Shown: positions 27,387-37,476 of the stretch, piece by piece | How positions within the stretch are numbered: the stretch's first letter is position 1 | How the letters are laid out: the number at the start of each line of letters is the position of its first letter | Origin: a virus | Reading direction: 5' to 3' (one strand) | Virus record (IMG/VR): IMGVR_UViG_3300029133_000263 | Length of the DNA stretch: 64,000 nt | Made by a program: the position numbers and the translations under genes | The notes under the pieces: model-generated | The model's input: the letters and a program-made list of their open reading frames with translations, nothing else | The model's database searches: none | Told to the model about the DNA's origin: nothing

Positions 27387-28916
27387 TCATTCTTCGGTTT
27401 TCTTTTTCAGCCACTGCCTTCTAACGAACGGCGTTACATAGGTTTCATCACTCTTCAGCTCATAGCCATAGCTTTCAGCTATCAGGATGGCACGTTCGCT
27501 TGCTTTCTGTCCGGCAGGCAGGTGGCGAATGAAACCATTGATGTTTTTGGACGAAGCATCATATTTGGACTTGTCGAACACCCGCAGCGGCTCGTCGTCA
27601 TCATTGCCTTTCTTGCGATAATCGCGGGGCTTTCCGCCAATCATCAGACAACGAATCCCGAATGGAGTATCCGCGTGTGTCACAAACGAAGACCGGAACG
27701 ACGCATCAGTGGGCAGGACATCCGGCAAATCACAGGCGAGAGAAGTGTACAGCCAGAGAATCAGATTCGTGACGCTGTCAACCAGCTCTGGAAATTGAGC
27801 CCGGTCAGTCAAAATATAAAACCACTCGGTGCTTGTGTTATAGTATCCGGCCAGGTCACCAAACTTGGTTACGATTTTATACAGACACACAATCTCGTTG
27901 TCGCGGCAAGTCTCTTTCAGCTTAATTTCCTGTATCAGCTGGCAGGCATCAAACTGAAACAATGCACCGTTGGCGGGAAGAGTTCTGCGGCGATGGTGCA
28001 GCGTATCTTTCAGAAACTCTGTCGTATATTTGGGTGAGATGGGCTTTGGCCACCAGGACCACATGTTCGGAGTATTCTCAATCAGCGGCTTGTCCGGCAG
28101 CATGTCCACGGTATACTCGTTCACATAGGTAGCCATCGAAAGGACTGTGTTCGTATACAAATGTGAGAGCAAAGCAAGGTTGTTGATGCTGTCGAAGTCG
28201 GCAACGCCCTCATAACCATAACGCTTATAGTACGAAAAGACCATATCCAAGCGTCTGTCTTCAGAAATCTGAGATTCACATTTGTCGTATGGCCGATTGT
28301 TGAAAAGAGCATCACTATAATAGACAGGAACATCGGCGAGGGGATAGGGGTCCCGGATGATGATTGGCTCGTTCTCAGTTGAGATACCGACAATGTTGTT
28401 CACAATATCGAATTCCTGAGGCTTGAGGTATTCGCTCCCCTGCATCAGCATATCGATTACCGCGTACAGGACAGAATCATTACGTTCCACATTTCCGTCA
28501 ATGGATAATCCTGAATGAACACATTCCTGCACATAAGCAATGGTCTTAAAGTACAGAGCATAGTCCTTATTCTTCTTGATGGGCTTTGTGAGCTCCTGCA
28601 TGAGCCGATGATATCCCTTGATGAATTTGTCAGAGTTCGCCATAGCAAGCTCTATCTGAGAGTTAATGGCCTCAATGATAGGCTTACATTCCTCGGCTTC
28701 ACGAGCCAAGTGAAAAAGGAAAGTGGACGCTTTCCCGAAATCTGCATCATGCAGCGTCGCCACGACCTGGCAAGCACTGGACAGGGTTCTTCTCTGAAAT
28801 ACCCAGATAGACTCGCCTTTGCTCCGATACTTCTTATCCCATACCGGTGCGTATTTATCGACTAAGGCATTACCGAAATCTTCCTGCACTGCCAAAACAC
28901 CATTTTCGTTCTGCAC
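27387..28916 (-). CDS. hypothetical 509-aa protein, second gene of a minus-strand operon
   Basis: long ORF; starts 10 nt after the upstream HD-domain gene's stop. Confidence 0.6.
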   Translation of the reverse strand: MQNENGVLAVQEDFGNALVDKYAPVWDKKYRSKGESIWVFQRRTLSSACQVVATLHDADFGKASTFLFHLAREAEECKPIIEAINSQIELAMANSDKFIKGYHRLMQELTKPIKKNKDYALYFKTIAYVQECVHSGLSIDGNVERNDSVLYAVIDMLMQGSEYLKPQEFDIVNNIVGISTENEPIIIRDPYPLADVPVYYSDALFNNRPYDKCESQISEDRRLDMVFSYYKRYGYEGVADFDSINNLALLSHLYTNTVLSMATYVNEYTVDMLPDKPLIENTPNMWSWWPKPISPKYTTEFLKDTLHHRRRTLPANGALFQFDACQLIQEIKLKETCRDNEIVCLYKIVTKFGDLAGYYNTSTEWFYILTDRAQFPELVDSVTNLILWLYTSLACDLPDVLPTDASFRSSFVTHADTPFGIRCLMIGGKPRDYRKKGNDDDEPLRVFDKSKYDASSKNINGFIRHLPAGQKASERAILIAESYGYELKSDETYVTPFVRRQWLKKKTEE

Positions 28917-28926
28917 GGTATCCTCC

Positions 28927-30324
28927 TTACAACTTTAACTGCCCCACACAACTCTGCGCAGTGGGCAGTAGTTTGTGGGCCATCTCGTTGCGGAAATACT
29001 TAGGGTCTACGGCTCGCATCCCGAACCGCACACGGTCTAAAGCATCTGCGTCTTTCAGAATCGTATACAGCAGCCACACCCGTTCTTTGTCCCGGATATT
29101 GGATGCTTTGAGGTCTGCAAGAGCTTTGCGGTCGTCTAAGCAATGATATTTGATGAGGAAAGCAGTTGCCGAATTGCAGTCGGAGTCTGCGTCATAATAA
29201 ATGTCCCTGGACTTTGCTCCGTGACTGTCATCGACATCATCATTCGTCCGCCCAATATCATGATAAAGAATCGCATCACATAGCTGGTGGGATTCTTTTT
29301 TTGTTAAGGCAATGCCCTGAACCTGGACAAGGAGCAGAGCATCAAAGAGAACCCGCAGCGTGTGCTCGGCATTGTGCTCCTCGTCATCAATCCGGCCATA
29401 ATCATCGTACAGTGCGGAGATACGGCTCCGGTAGCGCTGGTAGAGAGGGTAGAACGCCTGAATTTCATCTGTCAGAGCGTTAATGCCGTATAGTGTATCG
29501 ACCTTTCTATCTTTTACAGCAGCCGGTGGGACAAGGACCTCTTTTTCTTCATCATTCGGAAAATACTCGATGATGTCACATTTGCTGACATGGGCAGTGA
29601 TGATTCTGCTGTTCTCGAGACTCGGGATGCGGCAGGCAAAGAAACAGGCTGCCTTGTAGCTTGTGGTCCAGGAGAAAGATTTCTCGTATGGAGTTGACTT
29701 ACTCCCTTCCCCACGATAGATGGTCACAATATCCGGCAGGCTGGATAGCTTCTTTTCAGTGTCCTGCTTTTGCTTCTGAGACTTTCCAGAAAAGACTTTC
29801 TGAAGGTTATCCTCTTTGAGAGCCGAGAACCCAAAATCACTGGTACGATAGAAGTCCAGAAAAAGTGCGTATAGATTCTCACCCGGACTGGACAACTCAA
29901 TGTACCTGGAAAGAACAGACACACGAAGGCTGTTTTCCAGGGAAAAGAGGTAGCTGCGAATGAAGGGGGCGTTTCCCGATGAGATTTTCTCGGCCATATC
30001 CAGAACTCTCTGCTGAAACTTTTCGTCCGATTCGCCGTTCACAGCCAGACGCTTGTCCCCGTAAATGTTCAGAGAAAGAACAATGGGAACGGTCGTGCTA
30101 TCGAGCTCGCAATAATAAAGAGGAGCAAGCATATTGTGCGCAGCATAAATCTTGTCGACGGGGAGTCTCGGATACTTTTTAGCGAATTCAGTGGCCGTTA
30201 TACCGATGCTGTAGCCTTCTTTGTAGTACCGTTCAATGTCAGCACTTGTCTGCACTGCAGTGAGGGGTAGCATCGTCTCGAGACTTGCTTGGTTGATGCT
30301 TACAAGAATATCCCCGACCGTCAT
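28927..30324 (-). CDS. HD-domain phosphohydrolase-fold protein with unknown N-terminal domain
   Basis: C-terminal H..L..LYHDIGR...D motifs (HD); GGGAGGAG RBS; TATAAT upstream. Confidence 0.6.
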   Translation of the reverse strand: MTVGDILVSINQASLETMLPLTAVQTSADIERYYKEGYSIGITATEFAKKYPRLPVDKIYAAHNMLAPLYYCELDSTTVPIVLSLNIYGDKRLAVNGESDEKFQQRVLDMAEKISSGNAPFIRSYLFSLENSLRVSVLSRYIELSSPGENLYALFLDFYRTSDFGFSALKEDNLQKVFSGKSQKQKQDTEKKLSSLPDIVTIYRGEGSKSTPYEKSFSWTTSYKAACFFACRIPSLENSRIITAHVSKCDIIEYFPNDEEKEVLVPPAAVKDRKVDTLYGINALTDEIQAFYPLYQRYRSRISALYDDYGRIDDEEHNAEHTLRVLFDALLLVQVQGIALTKKESHQLCDAILYHDIGRTNDDVDDSHGAKSRDIYYDADSDCNSATAFLIKYHCLDDRKALADLKASNIRDKERVWLLYTILKDADALDRVRFGMRAVDPKYFRNEMAHKLLPTAQSCVGQLKL

Positions 30325-30614
30325 TGTTTTTCTCCTCCCACAATTCTTTCTAACATAATTATATCATATTTTACAGATGGACGGGCCAAAATCGCAACTT
30401 TGTTCATGAATACTTAAACTTTATGCACGAGATTTATTGTTGCCCTAATATATAAAACTAGAACCCCGTCATCTTGGATGGGGCTCTTGAGTTGTAACTG
30501 GAGGTGTATCTCATTTTGTGCCAGGGGTATTGTATGGTAGTTTTCGAAAATGAGTGCAAAAAAACAAACACCAGAAGTCGAACTCAAAAATATCTTAGTC
30601 TTGGCAAGTTTACC

Positions 30615-30642
30615 CTTGCGCCGCTGTGCGAACTTCGTACAA
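30615..30642 (+). promoter_or_regulatory. family promoter (TTGCGC-N16-TACAAT, spacer CGCTGTGCGAACTTCG)
   Basis: read directly. Confidence 0.55.
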
Positions 30643-30781
30643 TAAGAATTGTACAAGAGAAACGGCAAGAGACATTTGTAGTGATTGTAGTTGGTCGCCA
30701 CGAATCGATGCCGTGTCTGCTTGCGCATAATTACCTCTTTTCGAAGCCCACAGGTCATTCTCTCACCTGTGGGTTTTGTTT
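30643..30781 (+). ncRNA. promoter-proximal transcript ending in a terminator (CCCACAGGT..ACCTGTGGG + TTTTGTTT)
   Basis: no convincing ORF. Confidence 0.4.
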
Positions 30782-30782
30782 A

Positions 30783-30810
30783 TTGCGGAATCGTGCGAAT
30801 TGCAGACAAT
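30783..30810 (+). promoter_or_regulatory. family promoter (TTGCGG-N16-GACAAT, spacer AATCGTGCGAATTGCA)
   Basis: read directly; followed by a ~390-nt leader. Confidence 0.55.
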
Positions 30811-31198
30811 TAAAGACAGAGCGATTGTGAGATGGGGCGATACCGATGCAGTAGGAATGAGAATCTTAGCAGCTAAAAGAGTCAACAACCCCGCCTAAAC
30901 CGGTTCGCCGGTTATAGACGGGGCTTGCGGGGCAACCTGTAAGCCCAGTTGATTAGCCTAAGCCCATTGCTCCGGCAGTGGGGAAAACTACGTTGTGTAC
31001 TAATAATATAGGCACCTTATCCATGCTCCACAAGTGGTGAGCTCTGCAGGCGTTTCGTTAAACATCTCCGAGGGGAGGAGAAGTGCGAGCGTCATGTCGA
31101 AAGGCTAAAACAGTGCATAACATTGGCGAAGTGGACCACAGGACGCAAGTCCTGACTTATAGTTTTATTACTATTTTACGAATGGAGAAACAAAAATT

Positions 31199-32842
31199 AT
31201 GGTATATGTGATTGCGATTGTGGCAGCCCTGATTATTCTCTTTGGATTTCTCTGCTACAAGAAAGCTCCGCCCACGGAGGCTATCGTTGTGACCGGCTTT
31301 GGTCTGTCTAAGCCTAAAGTAGTTTGCGGAAAAGGTACATTTGTTCTGCCCGTTCTTCAGCGGGCTGACCGGCTAAATATGCGCCTTCTGAAAATTGACG
31401 TCAAAACTCCTGAAACAGGTGTTAAGACGAAGAACGGCGTAAGTCTCTGGATTGACTCTGTTGTCACGATTCAAGTCTACAGCGAAAACTCTACCGTTCT
31501 GGATGAAGAAGTGAAGGCATCCGGTCTGAAAGACGCCAAGGCGTACATCATGTCCCGCCAACAGGCAGCCATCTCGAACTTTCTGGGCATGAACGAGCAG
31601 GGCATCAATGAGAAAGTTAATGACGTTCTGCAGGGCAATTTGCGTGAGATTGTCTCTGACATGACCGTCGACCAAATTCTGACGAACCGCAAGCAGATGG
31701 CTGTGAGCGTTATCGAGAATGCTCGCCCCGACCTTGCTAAGATGGGACTTGAGGTCGTGACTTTTAACGTCCAGGATATCAGGGATGCGGTGGATGTTCA
31801 GGGCCACAACCACGGCGTCATTGAGGCTATCGGCATTGAACAGGAAGAGCTTGTGAAAAAACAGGCTGAAATTGCCCGTGCTCAGGCTGCCCGTGATGTA
31901 GCCTGCGCGAAGGCCGATGCTGAGATGGCTGCAAATGCCAAGGAAGTTGAAGCGCAGACTGCGATTGCAAAACGCAACAATGAATTGCAGCTCGCCAAGG
32001 CAAAGCTGAAAGCTGAAGCTGATAAAGCTGCGGCTGACGCAGATGCTGCCGGTCAGATTCAGATGAATCTCCGCGCCAAAGAAATCAAAGAAGCGGAAGC
32101 GGATGCTGAAATCGCCAAGCAGAAGAAAATGGTAGACCTTGCCGCACAGGAAGCCGAGGTCCAGCAACGCAAACTGGATGCGGAAGTCCGCAAACAGGCA
32201 GATGCTGACCTGTACCGCCGCCAGAAAGAGGCAGAAGCCAAGAAATATGAGGCGGAACGTGCAGCTGAGGCACAGAAGTTCTCCAAGCAGCAGGAAGCAG
32301 AAGGCATTGAACTTGTCGGTAAGGCAGAAGCTGAAGCGATTCGTCAGAAAGGCTTGGCTGAAGCGGAAGCCATGAAACAGAAAGCAGAGGCATATAAGCA
32401 GTATAACGATGCGGCTGTGGCTGAAATGCTCATCAAGGTTCTTCCTGACATTGCCAAAAGCGTGGCTCAGCCTTTGTCCAGCATTGATAAGGTTTCTATC
32501 ATTGGCGGTGACGCCTCCGGCGTATCCGGCGTTTCCGGGAACGTTCCTATCCTGATGGCTCAAACCATGCAGACGGTGAAAGAAGCGACCGGAATCGACA
32601 TGGGCGAAATTGTCCGTGCCAACAGCATCCAGGCAAAGACCGACCGCAACATCAACATCATGAATCAAGGCGAACAGCCTGTGAATAGTGAAAAGGAAGG
32701 AGGTGTCAATGCTATGGAACGCGTAGAAGGCGGCTATCTAATTCATGAGAAGCGTCTCAACGGTGAGGAAGTCACTCATTTTCGACCGGATGTGACCGAA
32801 GAAGAGAAGGCTATCATGAAAGACAAAAAGGCCAAAGATTAA
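31199..32842 (+). CDS. SPFH/band-7 flotillin-like membrane protein with long Ala/Glu/Lys coiled coil
   Basis: N-terminal TM, SPFH-like region, long heptad-rich AEAKAEA segment; 547 aa. Confidence 0.75.
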   Translation: MVYVIAIVAALIILFGFLCYKKAPPTEAIVVTGFGLSKPKVVCGKGTFVLPVLQRADRLNMRLLKIDVKTPETGVKTKNGVSLWIDSVVTIQVYSENSTVLDEEVKASGLKDAKAYIMSRQQAAISNFLGMNEQGINEKVNDVLQGNLREIVSDMTVDQILTNRKQMAVSVIENARPDLAKMGLEVVTFNVQDIRDAVDVQGHNHGVIEAIGIEQEELVKKQAEIARAQAARDVACAKADAEMAANAKEVEAQTAIAKRNNELQLAKAKLKAEADKAAADADAAGQIQMNLRAKEIKEAEADAEIAKQKKMVDLAAQEAEVQQRKLDAEVRKQADADLYRRQKEAEAKKYEAERAAEAQKFSKQQEAEGIELVGKAEAEAIRQKGLAEAEAMKQKAEAYKQYNDAAVAEMLIKVLPDIAKSVAQPLSSIDKVSIIGGDASGVSGVSGNVPILMAQTMQTVKEATGIDMGEIVRANSIQAKTDRNINIMNQGEQPVNSEKEGGVNAMERVEGGYLIHEKRLNGEEVTHFRPDVTEEEKAIMKDKKAKD

Positions 32843-32964
32843 AGACAACGAATAAAAAGAGGGTGACTCGAAAGAGCCATCCTTTTTTCTGTTGTGACGC
32901 AAACGAAAAGTTCATGGTAGCCATCCAATTAGGGTGACTGTCTTTTTTGCATGTTAAGGCTTTG

Positions 32965-32992
32965 TTGCTGAATCGTGCGAATCGAAGATAAT
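32965..32992 (+). promoter_or_regulatory. family promoter (TTGCTG-N16-GATAAT, spacer AATCGTGCGAATCGAA)
   Basis: read directly. Confidence 0.55.
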
Positions 32993-33062
32993 TAGAAGCA
33001 AAAGATACTTCGTATCAAGCCCTCTTGATAGCAAATAGAGTAAAACCGGAGAGGTGAAGTTA

Positions 33063-33866
33063 ATGCTCGGCGTGAGTTTGATTATCATAGCAGCGGCTAT
33101 AGTCTACATGGTCGAAACCTATATCAGCACCTATTACACTATCGAATACATGCACGGAACATCGCTGTTCCTTATCCTCCTTGCGAAATATGGCACGCCA
33201 GTCCTGTTCCTGCTGCTCTGCGCCTACATTGCATATCGCAATTTTCTCAAAAAGCAGAAAGCTGCGGCTTCTGCTGCATCTGAACGGCCTACAAGCAAAG
33301 AAGAGCTGTATACCAACAAAATTCAAACGGCAGTAAAGACAAAAAGCGTCTTCTCAGAGCAGGCTGACCAAATGCTGTATCAGGTACGGCGCTTCGGGCA
33401 AAAAATGGCCGTTGCCTACAGCATGACCCAGGATAGCAAGACATCCGGGGAACAAACCAAGTGCCTAACGTTATTGGAATCCGCAGAACGTATCTTCTAT
33501 GACCGACTGGATGACGCGATTCGCTCGGCTTCAATGTTTGATGAAACGGAATACAAGGCTTTCTGTCAAGGCTCTATCTCGTTTGGAAACAAAGAAGAAG
33601 CGCAGAAAAAGAAAGAAATCTACAATGGTATCGTAAGTACCGTGGATAAGGTAGTTCATGACAATGAGCGCTTAATCCTCCGATTGGATTCTTTAGCATA
33701 CGCTCTGAACCAACGTTCTGCCCAGAATCCGTGGGATACAGAGGTTGTGCTCGCAATGTCAAAGCTCGATGCTGTCATTAACAAGACGACGCAGGATATT
33801 GAACAGGATGAAGATATCAGTCGTGAGGCTATGAAACGATATAACAACTTGAAAGGAGAAATTTAA
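33063..33866 (+). CDS. membrane protein (two N-terminal TMs, coiled-coil C-terminal region)
   Basis: ATG with GGAGAGGTG RBS; hydrophobic N-terminus. Confidence 0.5.
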   Translation: MLGVSLIIIAAAIVYMVETYISTYYTIEYMHGTSLFLILLAKYGTPVLFLLLCAYIAYRNFLKKQKAAASAASERPTSKEELYTNKIQTAVKTKSVFSEQADQMLYQVRRFGQKMAVAYSMTQDSKTSGEQTKCLTLLESAERIFYDRLDDAIRSASMFDETEYKAFCQGSISFGNKEEAQKKKEIYNGIVSTVDKVVHDNERLILRLDSLAYALNQRSAQNPWDTEVVLAMSKLDAVINKTTQDIEQDEDISREAMKRYNNLKGEI

Positions 33867-33867
33867 C

Positions 33868-35562
33868 GTGACAAAAAAGAACATTTTCCCTGTGGTTGCA
33901 ACCATTGCTGTGGTAGGCGTTGTTCTCGGAGTATTTTCGATGACGGTGATGAGGGACTCAAACGTCAGCATTAGTACAATGACGTCCGAGCAGGCATATG
34001 CCAACTTGAGCAGCAAGATGAAGCGCATCGGCGTGCAGGAGGTCAAGGTCAATCCTCAGCAGCTGGATGTCTCTGAATTCCTTGATGCAAAGGATGAACT
34101 GCCCGACATTGAATCCTCCTACCCATTCGTGGTCGTAGGAAACGGAGATGTGAACATCGAAATCTTTTCCTCTGGCGAGAAAGCAGCAGAGTCCGGCTCA
34201 GATTCTTTCCTGACCGAAATGGCAAAGAAGTTCAACGCCCAGCACAACAAGACTTCCGGAGACAAGACTATGAGTGTCTCCCTGCGCTCCATTCCGTCCG
34301 GTACGGCGGCTGAGTACATCTCGACGGGAAAGTATCAGCCCGAGTGCTATACCCCCTCAAATACGCTCTTTGGCGAGCTGGTGAAGAACGAGGGCGTAGA
34401 ATTGACCGTTGAGGCTGACCGTCTGGTCGGCAATGTGGCGGGTATTCTCGTATCAAAGAAGACAGGGGATATGCTTCGCTCTGAATACGGTGAAGCGTCT
34501 GTTTCTTCCGTTCTGAACGCAACCATCGATGGCAAACTCATGATGGGATACTCGAACCCCTACACAAGTGCTACGGGTCTTAATTTTCTGCTTGAGGCTC
34601 TTGCGAGCAGCGGCAGCGATACGATTGTCGATACGGCTGCTGTTGAGAATTTCCAGAAATTTCAAGCGAACGTCCCTCTCGTATCCTTCACGACCCAGCA
34701 GATGGTCCAGTCGGCAGACAAGGGCATCGTGGACGGCGTTGTCATGGAGTATCAGTCTTATCAGAATGACCCGACCTTACAGCGCAACTACGAGTTCATC
34801 CCGTTCGGTGTACGGCACGATAATCCTCTGTATTCCATCGGGAATGTCTCTGCGGAGAAGAAGGAAGTTATTGCTGCCTTCGTTTCCTTCTGCGCTCAGA
34901 ACCAGGCAGAGGCGACCAAGGACGGATTCAATGGTCTTGACGACTATGCTTATACAGGCAAGGCATACGATGGCAACACCATCGCACAGGCTCAGAGTGT
35001 CTGGAAAGAAGAGAAGGACTCAGGCATTCCTATTGTGGCAGAGTTCGTTGTCGATACTTCCGGCTCGATGCGCGGCGAACCCCTGAATGCCCTGAAAACC
35101 GCGATGATAAACACCATCCAGTATATCAATGACGACAACTATATCGGCATCATTGGCTTTGATTCAGATGTCAGGGAATACCTGCCCATTAACCAGTTCT
35201 CTCTGACCCAGAAAACTCTGTATAAGGGTGCCGTGAACTCCCTCGATGCGAACGGCAGCACCGCAATGTACAACGGTCTTTGCGTTGCTATGGACCGCAT
35301 CTACCAGAAATCTCAGGAACTGGGTGGGAATTGCACGCCCATCATCTTTGTGCTCACGGACGGTGACAACAATACCGGATATGGCTTCTCCGATACGAAG
35401 AACATCATTGCCGGTATGGATATCCCTATCTATACCATCAGCTACAACTACGCAGCGGATAGTCTTTCGGAGCTCGCTTCCATCAACGAAGCGGCAGCTA
35501 TCGTCGGCAACAGCGAGGATATCACCTACAAGCTCCGCAACCTGTTTAACGCAGAGATGTAA
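33868..35562 (+). CDS. membrane-anchored von Willebrand factor A (vWA) domain protein
   Basis: GTG start with AAAGGAGA RBS; N-terminal TM; C-terminal MIDAS motif DTSGSM...NGSTAM...TDGDNNTGY. Confidence 0.7.
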   Translation: MTKKNIFPVVATIAVVGVVLGVFSMTVMRDSNVSISTMTSEQAYANLSSKMKRIGVQEVKVNPQQLDVSEFLDAKDELPDIESSYPFVVVGNGDVNIEIFSSGEKAAESGSDSFLTEMAKKFNAQHNKTSGDKTMSVSLRSIPSGTAAEYISTGKYQPECYTPSNTLFGELVKNEGVELTVEADRLVGNVAGILVSKKTGDMLRSEYGEASVSSVLNATIDGKLMMGYSNPYTSATGLNFLLEALASSGSDTIVDTAAVENFQKFQANVPLVSFTTQQMVQSADKGIVDGVVMEYQSYQNDPTLQRNYEFIPFGVRHDNPLYSIGNVSAEKKEVIAAFVSFCAQNQAEATKDGFNGLDDYAYTGKAYDGNTIAQAQSVWKEEKDSGIPIVAEFVVDTSGSMRGEPLNALKTAMINTIQYINDDNYIGIIGFDSDVREYLPINQFSLTQKTLYKGAVNSLDANGSTAMYNGLCVAMDRIYQKSQELGGNCTPIIFVLTDGDNNTGYGFSDTKNIIAGMDIPIYTISYNYAADSLSELASINEAAAIVGNSEDITYKLRNLFNAEM

Positions 35563-35681
35563 CTCAAAAGCGCGGTTTTGTCCGCGCAGCTGCTCCAAAA
35601 GACAGCCTCCACGCGGCGAGCAGCGGGCAACGGGAGACAGTCCCGGCAAATTGTCTTTGAGACGGAAGGAAGAAGTGCCCT

Positions 35682-36071
35682 ATGCGAGTACAACAGGTTC
35701 CGAACTCACCCTATTTCATCCATTACGACGATGAGGGCTTTTGCTGTATATCCAAAAGCAGAGAAAGCCAAGAACCTATCCCGGAATCTGAGATGCAAGC
35801 GTTCCTTGATGCAGTAGCCAACGGGTTACTCTACATCGAGAAAGAGCGAAAGAGCAGATACCAGCGCATCGAAGAAGCCGAAAAAGCAGCTTTTGCCAAG
35901 GGTGAAGCGGAAGGTCGAGAAGATAAGCTGCTCGCCACAGTCAAGGAGCTGAAGGAAGAACAAGCGTCAAGAGCAGAGTATGAGCGCAAGCTGCAATATG
36001 AAGTATATGCTCATCATACTTCGCACACCACGAAAACCGAGTGGGTTCGCCTTGGTCGTGGAGGATGGTGA
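35682..36071 (+). CDS. hypothetical protein
   Basis: ORF. Confidence 0.4.
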   Translation: MRVQQVPNSPYFIHYDDEGFCCISKSRESQEPIPESEMQAFLDAVANGLLYIEKERKSRYQRIEEAEKAAFAKGEAEGREDKLLATVKELKEEQASRAEYERKLQYEVYAHHTSHTTKTEWVRLGRGGW

Positions 36072-36076
36072 TTGAC

Positions 36077-36422
36077 ATGATGGGAAGCATTCCGATTCCG
36101 AATACAAGATTTTATCTGACCAGCATCGATGGCAAAAAGTGGTTCGTAACAGAATACTACAGAACCGCACCATTTAACCCCGACAAAGAGACCTATGACT
36201 TGTACAAGGCGTTTGCGGAAGCATTCAGAAAGAACGAAATGGAAGAGCAGGAGTTTCAAGAGGAGCTCAAAAAGGCCGTCAATAAAGCTTACGGAAACGG
36301 CTTATACGCCGGACGGCATAGTGTTGATTTCTGGCGGCAACCAGCTTATCATGAACTACGAGCAGGCACAGGAATTGTTCGGCATCAAGTTTCGGCGCTG
36401 GCTGGGCATCTTTAACCTCTAA
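36077..36422 (+). pseudogene. hypothetical gene apparently split by a frameshift near 36300 (ORFs 36041-36415 and 36195-36422)
   Basis: two overlapping frames, each with protein-like sequence (…KAYGNGLY / TPDGIVLISGG…). Confidence 0.3.
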
Positions 36423-36426
36423 TATG

Positions 36427-36463
36427 CATGGCAGGTTCTTTTCGGAGCCTGCCTTCTTATTTC
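36427..36463 (+). terminator. intrinsic terminator
   Basis: GGCAGG..CCTGCC stem followed by TTCTTATTT. Confidence 0.55.
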
Positions 36464-36473
36464 GCAAAAATAG

Positions 36474-36501
36474 TTGCCCATTTGTGCGAATTGCAGACAA
36501 T
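36474..36501 (+). promoter_or_regulatory. family promoter (TTGCCC-N16-GACAAT, spacer ATTTGTGCGAATTGCA)
   Basis: read directly. Confidence 0.55.
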
Positions 36502-36584
36502 CAGAAATAAAGCGTAAAGCAAAGGAGTTGAGTACCATCTCAAAATTTGCAAGCAAAAAGTTGATTGAGCGAAATTGCAATATC

Positions 36585-36713
36585 ATGAAAGACTACGGCA
36601 ACGGCTATTCCATTGAGGAGCTTGCCGCAAAATACAGGTTGAGCGTCCGTACATGCTATCGAGCGTTAGACGACGCGAAACAGGAGGCCAGTACAAGGTT
36701 ATCCAGCGAGTGA
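36585..36713 (+). CDS. small HTH protein (42 aa; sigma-70 region-4-like / HTH_23-like)
   Basis: YSIEELAAKYRLSVRTCYRAL motif. Confidence 0.4.
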   Translation: MKDYGNGYSIEELAAKYRLSVRTCYRALDDAKQEASTRLSSE

Positions 36714-36737
36714 GAAGGCAAAAGGAGGCGATGAGTC

Positions 36738-37376
36738 TTGCAATGGATTGTGAAGCAAACCAAATCGAAAGGATATGAGTTCACCTTCGATATCGTGAAA
36801 GGCAAGGCCGTTATCGGGCAGGCACACTATATCCCGAAATTGCTACGGCAGGGTTATGGCATCCGGCTGAATGATTCCAAGTTCCTGCTGCAATACATGC
36901 CAGCTGCTGACGCAAGGGCGTACATGCGCGGCATCAACACAAAAGATATTCTGAGACACCCTTTTGCTATCCGTGAGAACAACTGCACGGTAGGCGAGAT
37001 TTCCGTCATCCATACAAAAACCGGATTCCTCCAAGGATACAATTCTATCGCCATGCAGCTGTATGGCGAGGAATACCAGAGCTACAAAATTGGTTTTGGA
37101 AAAGAAGGAGTATGCTGCCCTGTATTTCTTGGCGGACAGCAAATCGCCCAAATCAATAAGAGCGCGGTGGTCAAGGATAATCTGGATGAATACCTGATTT
37201 ACGCAGTGAATGAAAAGGCACTGATGCCGTCCGTCATGTTCGCCATTTATATTGATGGAATATACTACGCAAACCGAGGCATGTATGTGGATGACGCAAC
37301 GACTATCAACTGCGAATACAGCTTGAACGAGGAAGTCCTGTCCCACTACGACCCGAATTTTGTCAAAGGACTATGA
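36738..37376 (+). CDS. hypothetical protein
   Basis: TTG start 9 nt after AAGGAGG. Confidence 0.45.
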   Translation: MQWIVKQTKSKGYEFTFDIVKGKAVIGQAHYIPKLLRQGYGIRLNDSKFLLQYMPAADARAYMRGINTKDILRHPFAIRENNCTVGEISVIHTKTGFLQGYNSIAMQLYGEEYQSYKIGFGKEGVCCPVFLGGQQIAQINKSAVVKDNLDEYLIYAVNEKALMPSVMFAIYIDGIYYANRGMYVDDATTINCEYSLNEEVLSHYDPNFVKGL

Positions 37377-37409
37377 CTCCGATAACTGGTATTCACAGAC
37401 AATATCATG

Positions 37410-37437
37410 TTGCGAAACTGTGCGAATTGCAGACAAT
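37410..37437 (+). promoter_or_regulatory. family promoter (TTGCGA-N16-GACAAT, spacer AACTGTGCGAATTGCA)
   Basis: read directly. Confidence 0.55.
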
Positions 37438-37476
37438 TAAAAGTGAATGAATTACAAAAGCTACAGAGGATAAACA

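Noticed and set aside
30414-30830. ORFs 30414-30758 (minus) and 30504-30830 (plus)
   Set aside because: They overlap a family promoter, a terminator and an sRNA-like unit. Neither has an RBS or protein-like composition.
30811-31198. tmRNA, tRNA or other known RNA gene in the long flotillin leader
   Set aside because: No tag-peptide reading frame ending ALAA, no CCA-proximal acceptor structure, and no cloverleaf-compatible arms were found. It is kept only as an unexplained structured leader.
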